In this document: positions 1 through 8,645 of the stretch, piece after piece
How positions within the stretch are numbered: the stretch's first letter is position 1
Layout: each line of letters opens with the position of its first letter
Assembly: GCA_022071975.1 (NCBI GenBank)
Contig: JAJVIO010000034.1
Span: 5,853 to 69,852, forward strand
DNA from: Planctomycetota bacterium
Lineage (GTDB): Bacteria; Planctomycetota; UBA8742; UBA2392
DNA: 64,000 bases
Reading direction: 5' to 3'
The notes under the pieces: generated by a model
Told to the model about the DNA's origin: nothing
The model's database searches: none
The model's input: only the letters and a program-made list of their open reading frames with translations
Program-made: the position numbers and the translations under genes

Positions 1-942
1 GCTACGGGTCGGCGTGGTAGTGGGATTCCAGGCCGTCGCCGAACCACGCTGCCAGGTGCTGCCAAGCACCCAGCCGGTAGCGGTCGAGAAGTCATCACTG
101 AAGGGCAATGCCACCGGAGTCGGCACAACAGCCAGGTTGAAGACTTTCTGCGCGTTGCTTGCCGCCGCGTCGGTCGCACTGACAGTGAACTGGTAGTTGT
201 TCACGACCGTGGGTGTGCCGGACAGAATCAAGTCATTGCCGTTCTGCGAAGCGGTAATGCCGCTCGGCAGGCCGGAAATGCTGGTGTTCCATGTGTAGGG
301 CGTTGTCCCATTCGCGGCCACGATCGTGGTGCTGTAGAACTGGTTCACAATCGCAGAGGGCAGCGGGTCATTGGTCGTGATTGCGAAACCCAGGTTCACC
401 AGGTAGTCCTCGGCTTCGCCATAGGAATAGCTCGCAGTCGAGTTATGTGGTCCTGCGGTTGACCAGACGCAGCGAACCCGCATGCGACGAATGCCGCCCA
501 CTCCCGTCGGAGGCGTAAAGTTAAGAGTACCCAGCGTTCCAGCCGCAATGGACGTGGTTGTATAGGCCACGGTCTCACCGGAGTCCGCAAAGTCGCCGTC
601 ATTGTTGTAGTCAATGAATATGGTGAACTGCTGCGAATACGCGGTTCCAGGACGTACGTCTATCTGGTGCTGCACGCCGGGAATCAGGTTAGCCGGTGTG
701 ATCGAGCCGTAAAAAGTGTTGTACGGCGATGCAGAGGCACCAGTGCCGATGTTGCTCAACAGCGTGGTTCCCCCTCGTCGGATGATCACATCGTCAATCT
801 GGTCGCCAAGCCCAGTCCCTGTCGTGTACGCAGCATTCGTATAGCCGCTGTAGGGAGGCTGCGCTTCCAGCCCATTGGCGAACACCACCAATGCGATAGC
901 TACGAGGGCCCCCACGAGCCCTTTACCCAGTGATAAAGACAT
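1..942 (-). CDS. GEVED-domain secreted/surface protein with Ig-like repeats (3' end runs off the window)
   Basis: Absent from the ORF track because it is open at the window edge. My minus-strand translation from ATG 942-940 (GGAGGA 5 nt upstream) gives signal peptide MSLSLGKGLVGALVAIALVVFANGLEAQPP, then ...SYSYGEAEDYLVNLG (GEVED-type motif), then ITASQNGNDLILSGTPT Ig-like repeats. The frame stays open to nt 1. Confidence 0.7.
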   Translation of the reverse strand, partial: MSLSLGKGLVGALVAIALVVFANGLEAQPPYSGYTNAAYTTGTGLGDQIDDVIIRRGGTTLLSNIGTGASASPYNTFYGSITPANLIPGVQHQIDVRPGTAYSQQFTIFIDYNNDGDFADSGETVAYTTTSIAAGTLGTLNFTPPTGVGGIRRMRVRCVWSTAGPHNSTASYSYGEAEDYLVNLGFAITTNDPLPSAIVNQFYSTTIVAANGTTPYTWNTSISGLPSGITASQNGNDLILSGTPTVVNNYQFTVSATDAAASNAQKVFNLAVVPTPVALPFSDDFSTATGWVLGSTWQRGSATAWNPTTTPTRS

Positions 943-1020
943 TCGGATCCTCCGCACCTCGATTGTATTGCTCGCCGGGCATCCCACATGCACGGCTACA
1001 GGGACCAGCCCCCAAACCGG

Positions 1021-1830
1021 TCACCCTGTTACTTCAACGGGCTGCCGCAATGACTCCGGCAGCTCCTCAACACGCCTGGCACGGTGCCACAGCCCCTCGA
1101 ACAACATCCGCATGTTCTCCGCGAGGCCCTTGTTCGGCACCACCAGCCCCATTGACGTGTTGTCTTCCTCGGCCAACTCAATCATAGCAGTTCGGCCGTC
1201 AACCACCATGAAACGCAGCGGAACGCGTTCGACAAAACGCACACGCCCGCCCAGTTCTTCCGCATTTTGAAGCACATCCGGGCCGTGAACCGGGTCTTCC
1301 AGCACCGCCAGGTCGATCAGGTAGCGCAGATTCACGCCGCGCTCAATCATGCGCAGGTCGGCCGCTGTGTCCGGCGGGATCATGAGGGGCGCGCGCACGG
1401 CGACCACCAGTTCGTTCTCGGCGCTTTCGAACGCGTCGTTCACGACGCTCACCACATGGCTCGAGCGCACCAGGCGAATGCCCAGGCTGCCCGGGTCGTC
1501 GCTGGGCGCGTCCGGCGCCTTGACCCCAAGCTCCTTCATGTCGGCCTGGGACTGCGTCAGTGATTCCTCGACGCTGCGGCGGTAGTTTTCGAAGGCCTGC
1601 TCCGGCGCGATACCGCGGTACAGCTTGACGTCGCCGAGCACCAGCTCAGCGAAGCCGCGCTCGACCAGGCTGCTCAGCGCGCCATAAACTTTGCTTTGGG
1701 GAACGCCCGACTTGCGCACGACGCGCGAAGCCGGCGCGCGGGTTTCACCCAGCAGGGCGAGGTAAACCTGCGCCTCATAGCCACTGAGGCCCATCTTCTT
1801 TAACTTCTGAATCCACTCATCGCGGTTCAC
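1021..1830 (-). CDS. TrmB-family transcriptional regulator
   Basis: The N-terminal wHTH MGLSGYEAQVYLALLGETRAPASRVVRKSGVPQSKVYGALSSLVERGF is typical of TrmB. 269 aa. Confidence 0.85.
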   Translation of the reverse strand: MNRDEWIQKLKKMGLSGYEAQVYLALLGETRAPASRVVRKSGVPQSKVYGALSSLVERGFAELVLGDVKLYRGIAPEQAFENYRRSVEESLTQSQADMKELGVKAPDAPSDDPGSLGIRLVRSSHVVSVVNDAFESAENELVVAVRAPLMIPPDTAADLRMIERGVNLRYLIDLAVLEDPVHGPDVLQNAEELGGRVRFVERVPLRFMVVDGRTAMIELAEEDNTSMGLVVPNKGLAENMRMLFEGLWHRARRVEELPESLRQPVEVTG

Positions 1831-2206
1831 TCAGATCTCCGACGGAATTGACTCGAAACCCGGAACATGGCTAGTCCCAAGGCGCCCGGTCTTCTCACGT
1901 CAAAAATCACTCGTTGAGCGGCGCGCGCGGACCTTCCTGGCGGGCAAAGCACATGCCCGTGTCGCGCGTCTTGGTGGAACGTGGCTGGTTTAGCAATTGG
2001 CGCATAACTAATTCGTGCTCTTTAATGCTTCATCCGATGAAGTGCAACCATTTTCGCGTATTTCTGGGCCTTTTGCCAGCATTCTCTTTTCGTGACCACG
2101 GGCATTCACCAACCGACTGCATAACTCCATTTTAGTGCAGTACTTGCGCCATGAGGCTGATACCAAAATTCTTCCCACGTACACTCCACAACGCGCACAA
2201 ATTGCA

Positions 2207-2232
2207 AGCGCCACGGCCGAAACCGTGGCGCT
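2207..2232. terminator. 10-bp-stem hairpin AGCGCCACGG/CCGTGGCGCT (same stem recurs at 10830-10854)
   Basis: Read directly: agcgccacgg ccgaaa ccgtggcgct. It lies downstream of the small minus-strand ORF 2275-2427 and is followed on minus by tgcaatttg. Confidence 0.5.
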
Positions 2233-2274
2233 CCCGCATCGGGTCATGCGGGTGAGGATGCTGTCATGTGCTTG

Positions 2275-2427
2275 CTAAGCCATGGCGTGGGCGCGTTTGC
2301 CGGCGGGCTCCTGCTGGGGCTCGCGGGCAGGGGCTCCCTTCAACTCACGTTGCTGCAGGATCGGCAGAATCAGCAGAGCGCCAGCCCAAACTGTGCACAT
2401 GATGATGCCAAGCGCGGCATAGAACAT
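2275..2427 (-). CDS. small hydrophobic protein (50 aa), hypothetical
   Basis: My translation is MFYAALGIIMCTVWAGALLILPILQQRELKGAPAREPQQEPAGKRAHAMA. There is a GAGAGGTG SD-like sequence upstream and two hairpins downstream. It is below the ORF-track cutoff. Confidence 0.3.
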   Translation of the reverse strand: MFYAALGIIMCTVWAGALLILPILQQRELKGAPAREPQQEPAGKRAHAMA

Positions 2428-2591
2428 GGTTCACCTCTCGTTGGTCGATACCTGAAGGGATAATAGGACCTCAAGCTCCTGTGGTACAGTAGTTTTTCCG
2501 AAAAACCCGGCCGCCAAGGGCTTTTCGGACCCGCTAAATCCAACTTGCGCGCGCGAAATCCCGGCGTAACGTCAACCCAAAGGGGCGCGCC

Positions 2592-3071
2592 TTGTTCTCG
2601 CAGACTTCCGAATACGCCAGCCGCACCATGATCGAGATCGCCACCCGCCCGGGCGGCGGGCCGGTCATGTCGGCCGAGCTGGCCGAGTTGCTGGGCATTC
2701 CGCCCTCCTACCTGGCCAAGCTGCTGCAGTCGCTGGTGCGCACGCGCCTGCTGACCTCCGTGCGCGGCAAGCAGGGTGGCTTTTCACTGGCGCGATCGGC
2801 CGCGAGCATCAAGCTGCGCGACATCATCGCGCCCTTTGAAGACCTGCAGAAATACGAGGAGTGCATCCTGGGCCAACCGGTCTGCAATGAGGCCGGCGCC
2901 TGCCCCCTGCATCACTTCTGGTCGGACGTGCGTACCCGGTTCGTGGAAGAACTGAAGACCAAGAGCCTGCAGGACCTGACCGACTTCCAGCTGAGCAAGC
3001 TGAACACCATGAACGCCGGCCTGTTCAAGAAGATAGGCCGAGTCCCCGGCAAAAAGTCCCTCAACAAGTAG
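2592..3071 (+). CDS. Rrf2-family transcriptional regulator (three-Cys cluster ligand pattern)
   Basis: wHTH segment SAELAELLGIPPSYLAKLLQSLVRTRLLTSVRGKQGGFSLAR, then C-x6-C-x5-C (CILGQPVCNEAGAC). TTG start. The TAG stop lies inside a REP GTAGGG. Confidence 0.9.
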   Translation: MFSQTSEYASRTMIEIATRPGGGPVMSAELAELLGIPPSYLAKLLQSLVRTRLLTSVRGKQGGFSLARSAASIKLRDIIAPFEDLQKYEECILGQPVCNEAGACPLHHFWSDVRTRFVEELKTKSLQDLTDFQLSKLNTMNAGLFKKIGRVPGKKSLNK

Positions 3072-3307
3072 GGACGCGCCGTGGGGCAGACATCCTGTCT
3101 GCCCTGTAGGGACACGCGGCAGTGTGTCCCCCGCCGTGGGGCAGGCTGCCAGCCTGCCTGTAGTTCGTGATGTGGACCATTGGCGGCAACACGTAGGGAC
3201 ACGCGGCAGCGTGTCCCAGGCCGTGGGGCAGGCTGCCAGCCTGCCTGTAGTTCGTGATGTGGACCGGTGGCGGCAACACGTAGGGACACGCTGCCGCGTG
3301 TCCCTAC
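3068..3307. repeat. REP array: GTAG + GGGACAC..GTGTCCC hairpins in an 87-bp tandem unit (starts 3106, 3193, 3280), last copy inverted
   Basis: gtagggacacgcggcag(t/c)gtgtccc occurs at 3106 and 3193. Each is followed by a second hairpin ggcaggctgccagcctgcc. The copy at 3280-3307 has the reverse-complemented loop (gctgccgc). A degenerate copy sits at 3068-3105. Confidence 0.85.
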
Positions 3308-3376
3308 TTTCGCGGCCGTCCGCGCGGGCGAAAGGGGTCTGGCTCCGCTTGCGGTGCCTGACCCCTTTCGCCCGGC

Positions 3377-4189
3377 TCACCCCTCGGCTTTCTTAGTCCG
3401 GCCTCGCGGACGAATCGTTGATTCCAGCCCCAGCTTGCGCGCGGCGTTCTTGCGCCAGGGATCGTCACTAAACGGCGAGCCCCGGTTCACGCACTCGCGC
3501 AGCTTCGCTAGCTGCTCAGCCTCTTCTTCACGGTTCACAAAACGCAACCAAGGCTGCGGCCGCGGCGTAGGCCCCTCCACCAGCCAGTGGGCGAGCGGAA
3601 AAGGGTCAGGCTCCCCGGGGTCTGGCTCCTTTTCCGGCCGGCGCAGTTTGCCGGACGGAAAAGGTGCCTGACCCCCTCCCGAGCCCGAATACAGCCAGTC
3701 CTGGGCCTTGGCGACCATGCCCGCGCGCACGGGGTTGCGCTCGACGTAGCGCAGCACTGACAAAAGGTGCCCGCCGGGCTCGATGGGGAAGCTGCGGTAG
3801 CGCCCCTGCCAGACATGCACCGAGCCCTTGTAGTGCTTGTGATAGCGCCGCACATGGCAGGTGGCAGCCCACTGCATGAAGGCCTGCAGGTCGCCGTCGC
3901 GCCGGGGCCACAGCTCCAAATGGAAGTGGTTGGTCATCAAAACCCAACCCCGCAGGTGGATATCGAACCGCTTGCAGGCCTGCCCTGAGTTTGTCGAAGA
4001 GCCAGGGAAAGGATGCGCTCAAAGGCCGCGAAGCCTGCCAGCCGGCCTGTCCACTGAAGCTTTTGCGAAGGTGGAAGCCGAGGCGAAGGCTGGGTCTTCG
4101 GGCTTGTGGAATACGTTAGCCCGGCCGTTACCCCGGTTGATAACATGGTAACAGATGCCACCGCGGGCGGAGCGAAGAGGTCGAGCCAT
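3377..4189 (-). pseudogene. REP-associated tyrosine transposase (RAYT, Y1/IS200-like), disrupted
   Basis: From ATG 4189: MARPLRSARGGICYHVINRGNGRANVFHKPED. Downstream: LMTNHFHLELWP...WQGRYRSFPIE...RYVERNPVRAGMV...LGLESTIRPRGR. There is an in-frame TGA at 4021-4019, and a homolog-like AAFERIL segment sits in another frame, so the gene has at least two frame disruptions. Confidence 0.8.
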
Positions 4190-4241
4190 GCCAGGAAGCT
4201 ACAAACCAGCATCAAAAGGAGCAAGAAAAAGGAGCCTGACC

Positions 4242-4285
4242 CCTTTTAAGTTCTGCCTTTTAAGTTCATGACCCCTTTTAAGTTC
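4242..4285. repeat. three direct copies of CCTTTTAAGTTC
   Basis: Copies at 4242, 4256 and 4274. Copies 1 and 3 are preceded by tgacccc. The repeats lie just upstream of the RAYT pseudogene start. Confidence 0.7.
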
Positions 4286-4496
4286 AAACTTCCACTCAAC
4301 GATTTCCACTTCTGGAGGCAGAGACACGTCGTCGCAGGAGGCGACGACTGTTGCCCACAATACGGGAGGAAGGCCTACTTCAACCCTAGGGCAGGCGAGT
4401 CCGATGAGACCGGGAATACGCCCTTTGGTGCTGGTTATACCCATCCGATTTGGGAACCTTGGAACCCGATGAGCGAGTAGCGAGGAGAACGCGGCC

Positions 4497-5021
4497 TTGA
4501 TAACGAAATGGGTTCAGCGGCAGATTGCTGTGTGCTTGGCGGTAGGCTGTGCGGTGTTTCTTGCCACGTGCACGTCCACCCCCGCGTCATTGAAGGACTC
4601 CGACACAATGGCTAGTTCGAATACCCCAGAATCGCCCGATGTAGAGATACCGGCTCCTTCGACCATTCGGGATGCATGTCGCATTCTGTGGCTTGCGCTT
4701 GATGAGCACCAGGAGCTACCTGATTTCGTACTTTCATCTGCTAAGGAACACATTGACCGACTGACCGCTTCCGAGGTTAGGTGCCTTGTTGAATGCTTGC
4801 AAAGAGAACTATATCTAATTCTTCCTAACGTACGCGGCCGTTCGAAAGTCGAAGGTATAGGGACAGTTCACGTAACTACCTCTCGAAGCACGAGATCGCC
4901 AGGTCCCAACTTCATCGCAGCATGGTACACGGATGGATCAGTCGTCAAACTTGTTGAACTTGATATTGAACGAAAGGCATGGCCCGAAGACCTCCCACCG
5001 CTTTTGCGATACCATGAGTGA
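4497..5021 (+). CDS. hypothetical lipoprotein (start uncertain)
   Basis: Hydrophobic N-terminus with the lipobox-like FLATC. The region is visibly lower in GC. No recognisable domain. Confidence 0.45.
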   Translation: MITKWVQRQIAVCLAVGCAVFLATCTSTPASLKDSDTMASSNTPESPDVEIPAPSTIRDACRILWLALDEHQELPDFVLSSAKEHIDRLTASEVRCLVECLQRELYLILPNVRGRSKVEGIGTVHVTTSRSTRSPGPNFIAAWYTDGSVVKLVELDIERKAWPEDLPPLLRYHE

Positions 5022-5280
5022 CCCTTTATTCGGGAGCTATTGTCAAATGTTGTGTTCTGGGGTGAGTCAGGCGACTGTCTTTACCGAAAATGCCGTCTGG
5101 CACACCTTGGAGAAGAACGGCGATCGGGGTCAGGCTGCTTTGTTGAGCCATCCAAAAGCTGAGGGGCGGGGTGTCGAGCCCCGAAATCGGGTTAGCGCGG
5201 CCGTAAACGCTAAAGGGGTCAGGCTCCGTTTCTTTCCGCCCTCCTGGCTGGATTGGGGTGGCGGTGCTGGTTTCTTGCTT

Positions 5281-5652
5281 CTAGATGACAATTAGAAACA
5301 CGAGCAATACGCAGACGCAGGCTGTGGTTCCTATGCCTGGTAGTAAGAAATAGAATACCCAGTCGTCCCACCAGTGGCCGTGGTGGAAGTGGGCTCCGGC
5401 CTTCACTTGCCTCAATAACTTCAGGTGTTCGCCGTGGGCTTTGGCCAGCTCATCGAACTGCTCGCGCTCGACGTGCAGCAGCACTACCTGGGTGGGTTGG
5501 GTGCCGGCTTGCAAGTACCTTAGCTCGGGCACCTCGGCGCGCCGCAGCAGCTCCAACTCACGGGTGGTGGGCTTGTGATAGGTGCCCTTCTGCTGGGCGG
5601 CCAACGGCGCGGCCGCAAACAGCAGCACGATCAGCAGGATCAGGTTTCGCAT
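5281..5652 (-). CDS. hypothetical protein with signal peptide and C-terminal TM anchor
   Basis: Preferred start is MRNLILLIVLLFAAAPLAAQ (ATG 5652, GGAGG SD). The C-terminus is WVFYFLLPGIGTTACVCVLLVFLIVI. Confidence 0.55.
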   Translation of the reverse strand: MRNLILLIVLLFAAAPLAAQQKGTYHKPTTRELELLRRAEVPELRYLQAGTQPTQVVLLHVEREQFDELAKAHGEHLKLLRQVKAGAHFHHGHWWDDWVFYFLLPGIGTTACVCVLLVFLIVI

Positions 5653-5693
5653 GGCAACCTCCGGTTGCGGGCTTGGGGAGCTGCTTTGCTGCT

Positions 5694-5735
5694 TTTCCCT
5701 ATGCCCTATGCCCAATGCCCTAAGCCCTGCCCCAG
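5694..5735. repeat. heptamer array (core GCCC): tttccct atgccct atgccca atgccct aagccct gccccag
   Basis: Read directly. It is intergenic, between the stop of 5763-6311 and the start of 5281-5652. Confidence 0.8.
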
Positions 5736-5762
5736 TTTACCCCTTCGGACCGCCCCGCGCGC

Positions 5763-6311
5763 CTATTCTTTGGGTGTTGCGAGCAGCGTAAAGCGGCCGG
5801 TCTGCTTCCAGGAATGCTCGAACTGGCCGGCCGCGCTCACCAGCGCGCCGCGCAGGGGGTCCTGCAGCAGCACCCAGTCGTTCACCGGGTCGTAGCCCGT
5901 CACCAGCACGAAGTGGTTGTTTCCCCCACCCAGCCCCAGCGCCACCACCAGCGGTCGGCCGCGATCCAGGTGGTAATACAGGCCGCGGATGGTGTGGGTG
6001 AGCGCGCCCTCGAACAGGGCAACCTCGAGGCCTTCGGCTTTCAGGTAACCCTCCAGGTCGGCGCCGGTCAGCCCCTGCTGGCTGTCGGCTTTTTCGCGCA
6101 GGGGCGCGGCCTTGGCGGCGTCGGCCGGGTGGCCGTAATAGGCAAGCAGCATGGACAGGGCCGAAACGCCGCAGTCGTAGCGGTCGTTTTGAAGCACGAT
6201 GGGCACATGCAACACCACGGCCTCGGGCGAGAGTTTGGCTTCGCGCAGGGGCGTGCCGGTCTGGAAGGCCGCACAGCCGGAAAGCAGCAGAAGCAGACAA
6301 AGAGCGCGCAT
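5763..6311 (-). CDS. peptidase C39-like (papain-fold cysteine peptidase) lipoprotein
   Basis: Start MRALCLLLLLSGC (lipobox). DCGVSALSMLLAYYG is the Cys motif and NHFVLVTGYD the His motif. Confidence 0.8.
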   Translation of the reverse strand: MRALCLLLLLSGCAAFQTGTPLREAKLSPEAVVLHVPIVLQNDRYDCGVSALSMLLAYYGHPADAAKAAPLREKADSQQGLTGADLEGYLKAEGLEVALFEGALTHTIRGLYYHLDRGRPLVVALGLGGGNNHFVLVTGYDPVNDWVLLQDPLRGALVSAAGQFEHSWKQTGRFTLLATPKE

Positions 6312-6360
6312 GGCCAAATTGGCGCAGGCGCGGGCGGTGGTGTCAATGGCTGGGGTTGAT

Positions 6361-6446
6361 GGGCCACGAAAACACAAAAGGTACTGCCACGAAAAAGGCT
6401 TTGCTTCGTGCCGCAGTTGTTTGGTGTTTTTGTGTTTTCGTGGCCC
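6361..6446. repeat. 19-bp perfect inverted repeat (gggccacgaaaacacaaaa / ttttgtgttttcgtggccc) with 48-nt spacer
   Basis: Arms at 6361-6379 and 6428-6446. The spacer holds an inner cacgaa/ttcgtg pair. Confidence 0.8.
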
Positions 6447-6560
6447 GTTGAAAGGCGGTTTTGTCAGGATTTACAGGATGTTAGTGGACGCGGGTTTCAT
6501 GTGGCCAGGGCCATCTGGAACCCGTGTCCTCTTGAATCCTGTCCATCCTGACCAAATGCA

Positions 6561-6633
6561 GTGGGGACACGCGGCAGCGTGTCCCTACACCAATACGGAG
6601 ATGCGGCTAGGACACGCGGCGGCGTGTCCCTAC
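6561..6633. repeat. REP pair (GT(G/A)GGGACAC...GTGTCCCTAC x2)
   Basis: gtggggacacgcggcagcgtgtccctac at 6561-6588 and taggacacgcggcggcgtgtccctac at 6608-6633. The phoH stop (complement of cta 6630-6632) lies in the second copy. Confidence 0.8.
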
Positions 6634-7667
6634 TGCTTGGCCTGGCGTTGCTTGTCTGTGGTTTCGTAGGCGTCGATGATGCGCTGCACCATGTCGTCGC
6701 GCACGATGTCCGCGTTGCCGAGGCGGCAGATGCGCACGCCTTCAACGCCGTCCAGGCGGCCGATCACGTCCACCAGGCCCGATTTCTGGCCCTCGGGCAG
6801 GTCGGTCTGGCTGATGTCGCCGGTGACCACCGCTTTGCTGCGGCGGCCCAGGCGCGTCAGGAACATCAGCATCTGCTTGGGCGTGGTGTTCTGCGCTTCG
6901 TCGAGCAAGATAAACGCGCGGTCCAGCGTACGGCCGCGCATGTAGGCCAGCGGGGCGACCTCGATGACGTCGCGTTCGATGTAACGCTGGATCTGCTGCA
7001 TGGGCAGCATAGCGCCGAGCGCGTCGAAAATCGGGCGCAGGTACGGGTTCACCTTGGCCTGGTAGTCGCCGGGCAGGAAGCCGAGCTTTTCGCCGGCCTC
7101 AACAGCCGGGCGCACCAGCACCAGCTTGCTGACGTTGCCGTGGATCAGCGCCGCCACGGCCATGCTGGTGGCCAGGAAAGTCTTGCCGGTGCCGGCGGGG
7201 CCGACGCCGAATGTTACGTTGCAGGTCTTGATCGCATCGAGGTAAGCGGCCTGGCCGGGCGTCATTGGCTTGGCGCCCTGCAGGCCGAGCGGCTTGATCT
7301 CGGCGTCGGAGTCGGCCTCCGGCGCGTCGAGGCGCAGCAGCGCGCTTTCGACGTCGTTGGTGCGCAACTGCCCGTACTTGCGGACCTTTTCGATCAGCGT
7401 CAGCAGGGCGACGTAGGCATCGAGCACGCTCTGCTCGTCGCCGGCGATGCGCAGGTTGTTGTCGCGCGCGAAGATTTTGACGTCGAAGTGGCCGCGGATC
7501 ATCTTGAGGTGACGATCGCGCTCACCGAAGAGAGCGTAAGCCTCTTCTTTATCGCGCAGTCGTATGGACTTTTCCATGAAGCCGTTCGGGGAGTGGTGGT
7601 TGGAGCCGCGACGCTCGAGTGTTTTTCCCATGAGCTTTATTCTAGCCCGTGTGGCTGTTTCCGCCAC
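6630..7667 (-). CDS. phoH: PhoH-family ATPase (YbeZ-like)
   Basis: Walker A GPAGTGKTFLA, ...ILLDEAQN, and the C-terminal GDISQTDLP motif. Confidence 0.95.
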   Translation of the reverse strand: MAETATRARIKLMGKTLERRGSNHHSPNGFMEKSIRLRDKEEAYALFGERDRHLKMIRGHFDVKIFARDNNLRIAGDEQSVLDAYVALLTLIEKVRKYGQLRTNDVESALLRLDAPEADSDAEIKPLGLQGAKPMTPGQAAYLDAIKTCNVTFGVGPAGTGKTFLATSMAVAALIHGNVSKLVLVRPAVEAGEKLGFLPGDYQAKVNPYLRPIFDALGAMLPMQQIQRYIERDVIEVAPLAYMRGRTLDRAFILLDEAQNTTPKQMLMFLTRLGRRSKAVVTGDISQTDLPEGQKSGLVDVIGRLDGVEGVRICRLGNADIVRDDMVQRIIDAYETTDKQRQAKQ

Positions 7668-7727
7668 ACTACATTTCGCGTGTTAGCGCCCTGTGGAGAA
7701 GTTAGGCGGCCCGCGTACGGGACCGCG

Positions 7728-8645
7728 CTAACTCGGCCACAGGGCCAACACCAGAATCAGCAGCGGGCCGGTCAGCATGAAGTTATCCATGATGTCCATG
7801 ACCCCGCCAAAAGATGGAACGAGATGGCCGCTGTCTTTGATTCCCGCGGCCCGCTTGAATCCGCTTTCGACCAGGTCGCCCGCCTGGGCCGCAATCCCCA
7901 CGAACGCCCCGAGGATGCCGCCGTACCACCACTCAACGAACACCCGTTTCAAAGCGCCGCCGGTAACCCAGTCGCCCCAGTAGAACGCGAGCGCGCCGCC
8001 CGCCGCGCTGAACAGCAGGCCGAACAGCGCGCCCTCGATGGTCTTGCCCTTGCTGAGGTACGGGATCAGCTTGTGACGGCCGAGCATGCTGCCCATCAGG
8101 TAGGCGCCCACGTCGCCGAGGCGGCTGGCGGCGAGCAGGAAGTAGACCAGCCATTCGCCCGTGGTGGGCACCCGGCGGATCCAGAGAATCACGGCAATGG
8201 GCAGGATCAGGTACAGGAACAGGCCGAGGTTGTTGTTGATGCGCGGGCTGAGGTTGCTGACGTCGGAGCGCGTGAGGCCGACCAGCGAGTAGATCACGGC
8301 CGCGGCCAGCGGCAGCACCAGTGTGAGCTGCCGGAAACTGACCGGCACCCAGAACAGGTGGTTGGGCGCGTCATCGCCCCACAGGGGCGCGAAGGCGCCA
8401 ATGCGCGGAGGCTCGGCCACCAGCTGCACGTAGCACATCACCACGGCGACAGTGATGTAAAGCAGGCCGGTGTCCAGCGGCAGGCCGCGGGCGCGGAACA
8501 TGCGGCCCATCTCGTAGACACCGCCCCAGGACATCAGCAGGCAAAGGGCAAAGAAGCCCCAGGTAACGTTTGCGTAGTGGTCCAAGGCCAGCAGACCCAC
8601 CAGCGCAAAAAACATCGAGAAACCGAACAGGAAACGTTTGCCCAT
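7728..8645 (-). CDS. cdsA: phosphatidate cytidylyltransferase family protein (CdsA-like, divergent signature)
   Basis: Polytopic membrane protein. The C-terminal signature-like stretch is SGFKRAAGIKDSGHLVPSFGGVMDIMDNF. Confidence 0.75.
   Translation of the reverse strand: MGKRFLFGFSMFFALVGLLALDHYANVTWGFFALCLLMSWGGVYEMGRMFRARGLPLDTGLLYITVAVVMCYVQLVAEPPRIGAFAPLWGDDAPNHLFWVPVSFRQLTLVLPLAAAVIYSLVGLTRSDVSNLSPRINNNLGLFLYLILPIAVILWIRRVPTTGEWLVYFLLAASRLGDVGAYLMGSMLGRHKLIPYLSKGKTIEGALFGLLFSAAGGALAFYWGDWVTGGALKRVFVEWWYGGILGAFVGIAAQAGDLVESGFKRAAGIKDSGHLVPSFGGVMDIMDNFMLTGPLLILVLALWPS

Noticed and set aside
1900-2270. Possible sRNA in the AT-richer gap (hairpin cttcat-ccg-atgaag at about 2031-2045)
   Set aside because: There are no clear promoter or terminator boundaries beyond the hairpins already assigned to the small minus-strand ORF. 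The evidence is insufficient.
3068-3307. CRISPR array
   Set aside because: The 87-bp units are fully repeated, including what would be the 'spacers'. There are only about three copies, no cas genes, and the last copy is inverted. The pattern fits a REP/REPIN array.
2784-3396. ORFs of 198, 125, 72 and 90 aa with repeated TGRLAACPTA / VGTRGSVS peptides
   Set aside because: They are translations of the REP tandem array in various frames. The periodicity comes from the 87-bp DNA repeat, not from a protein.
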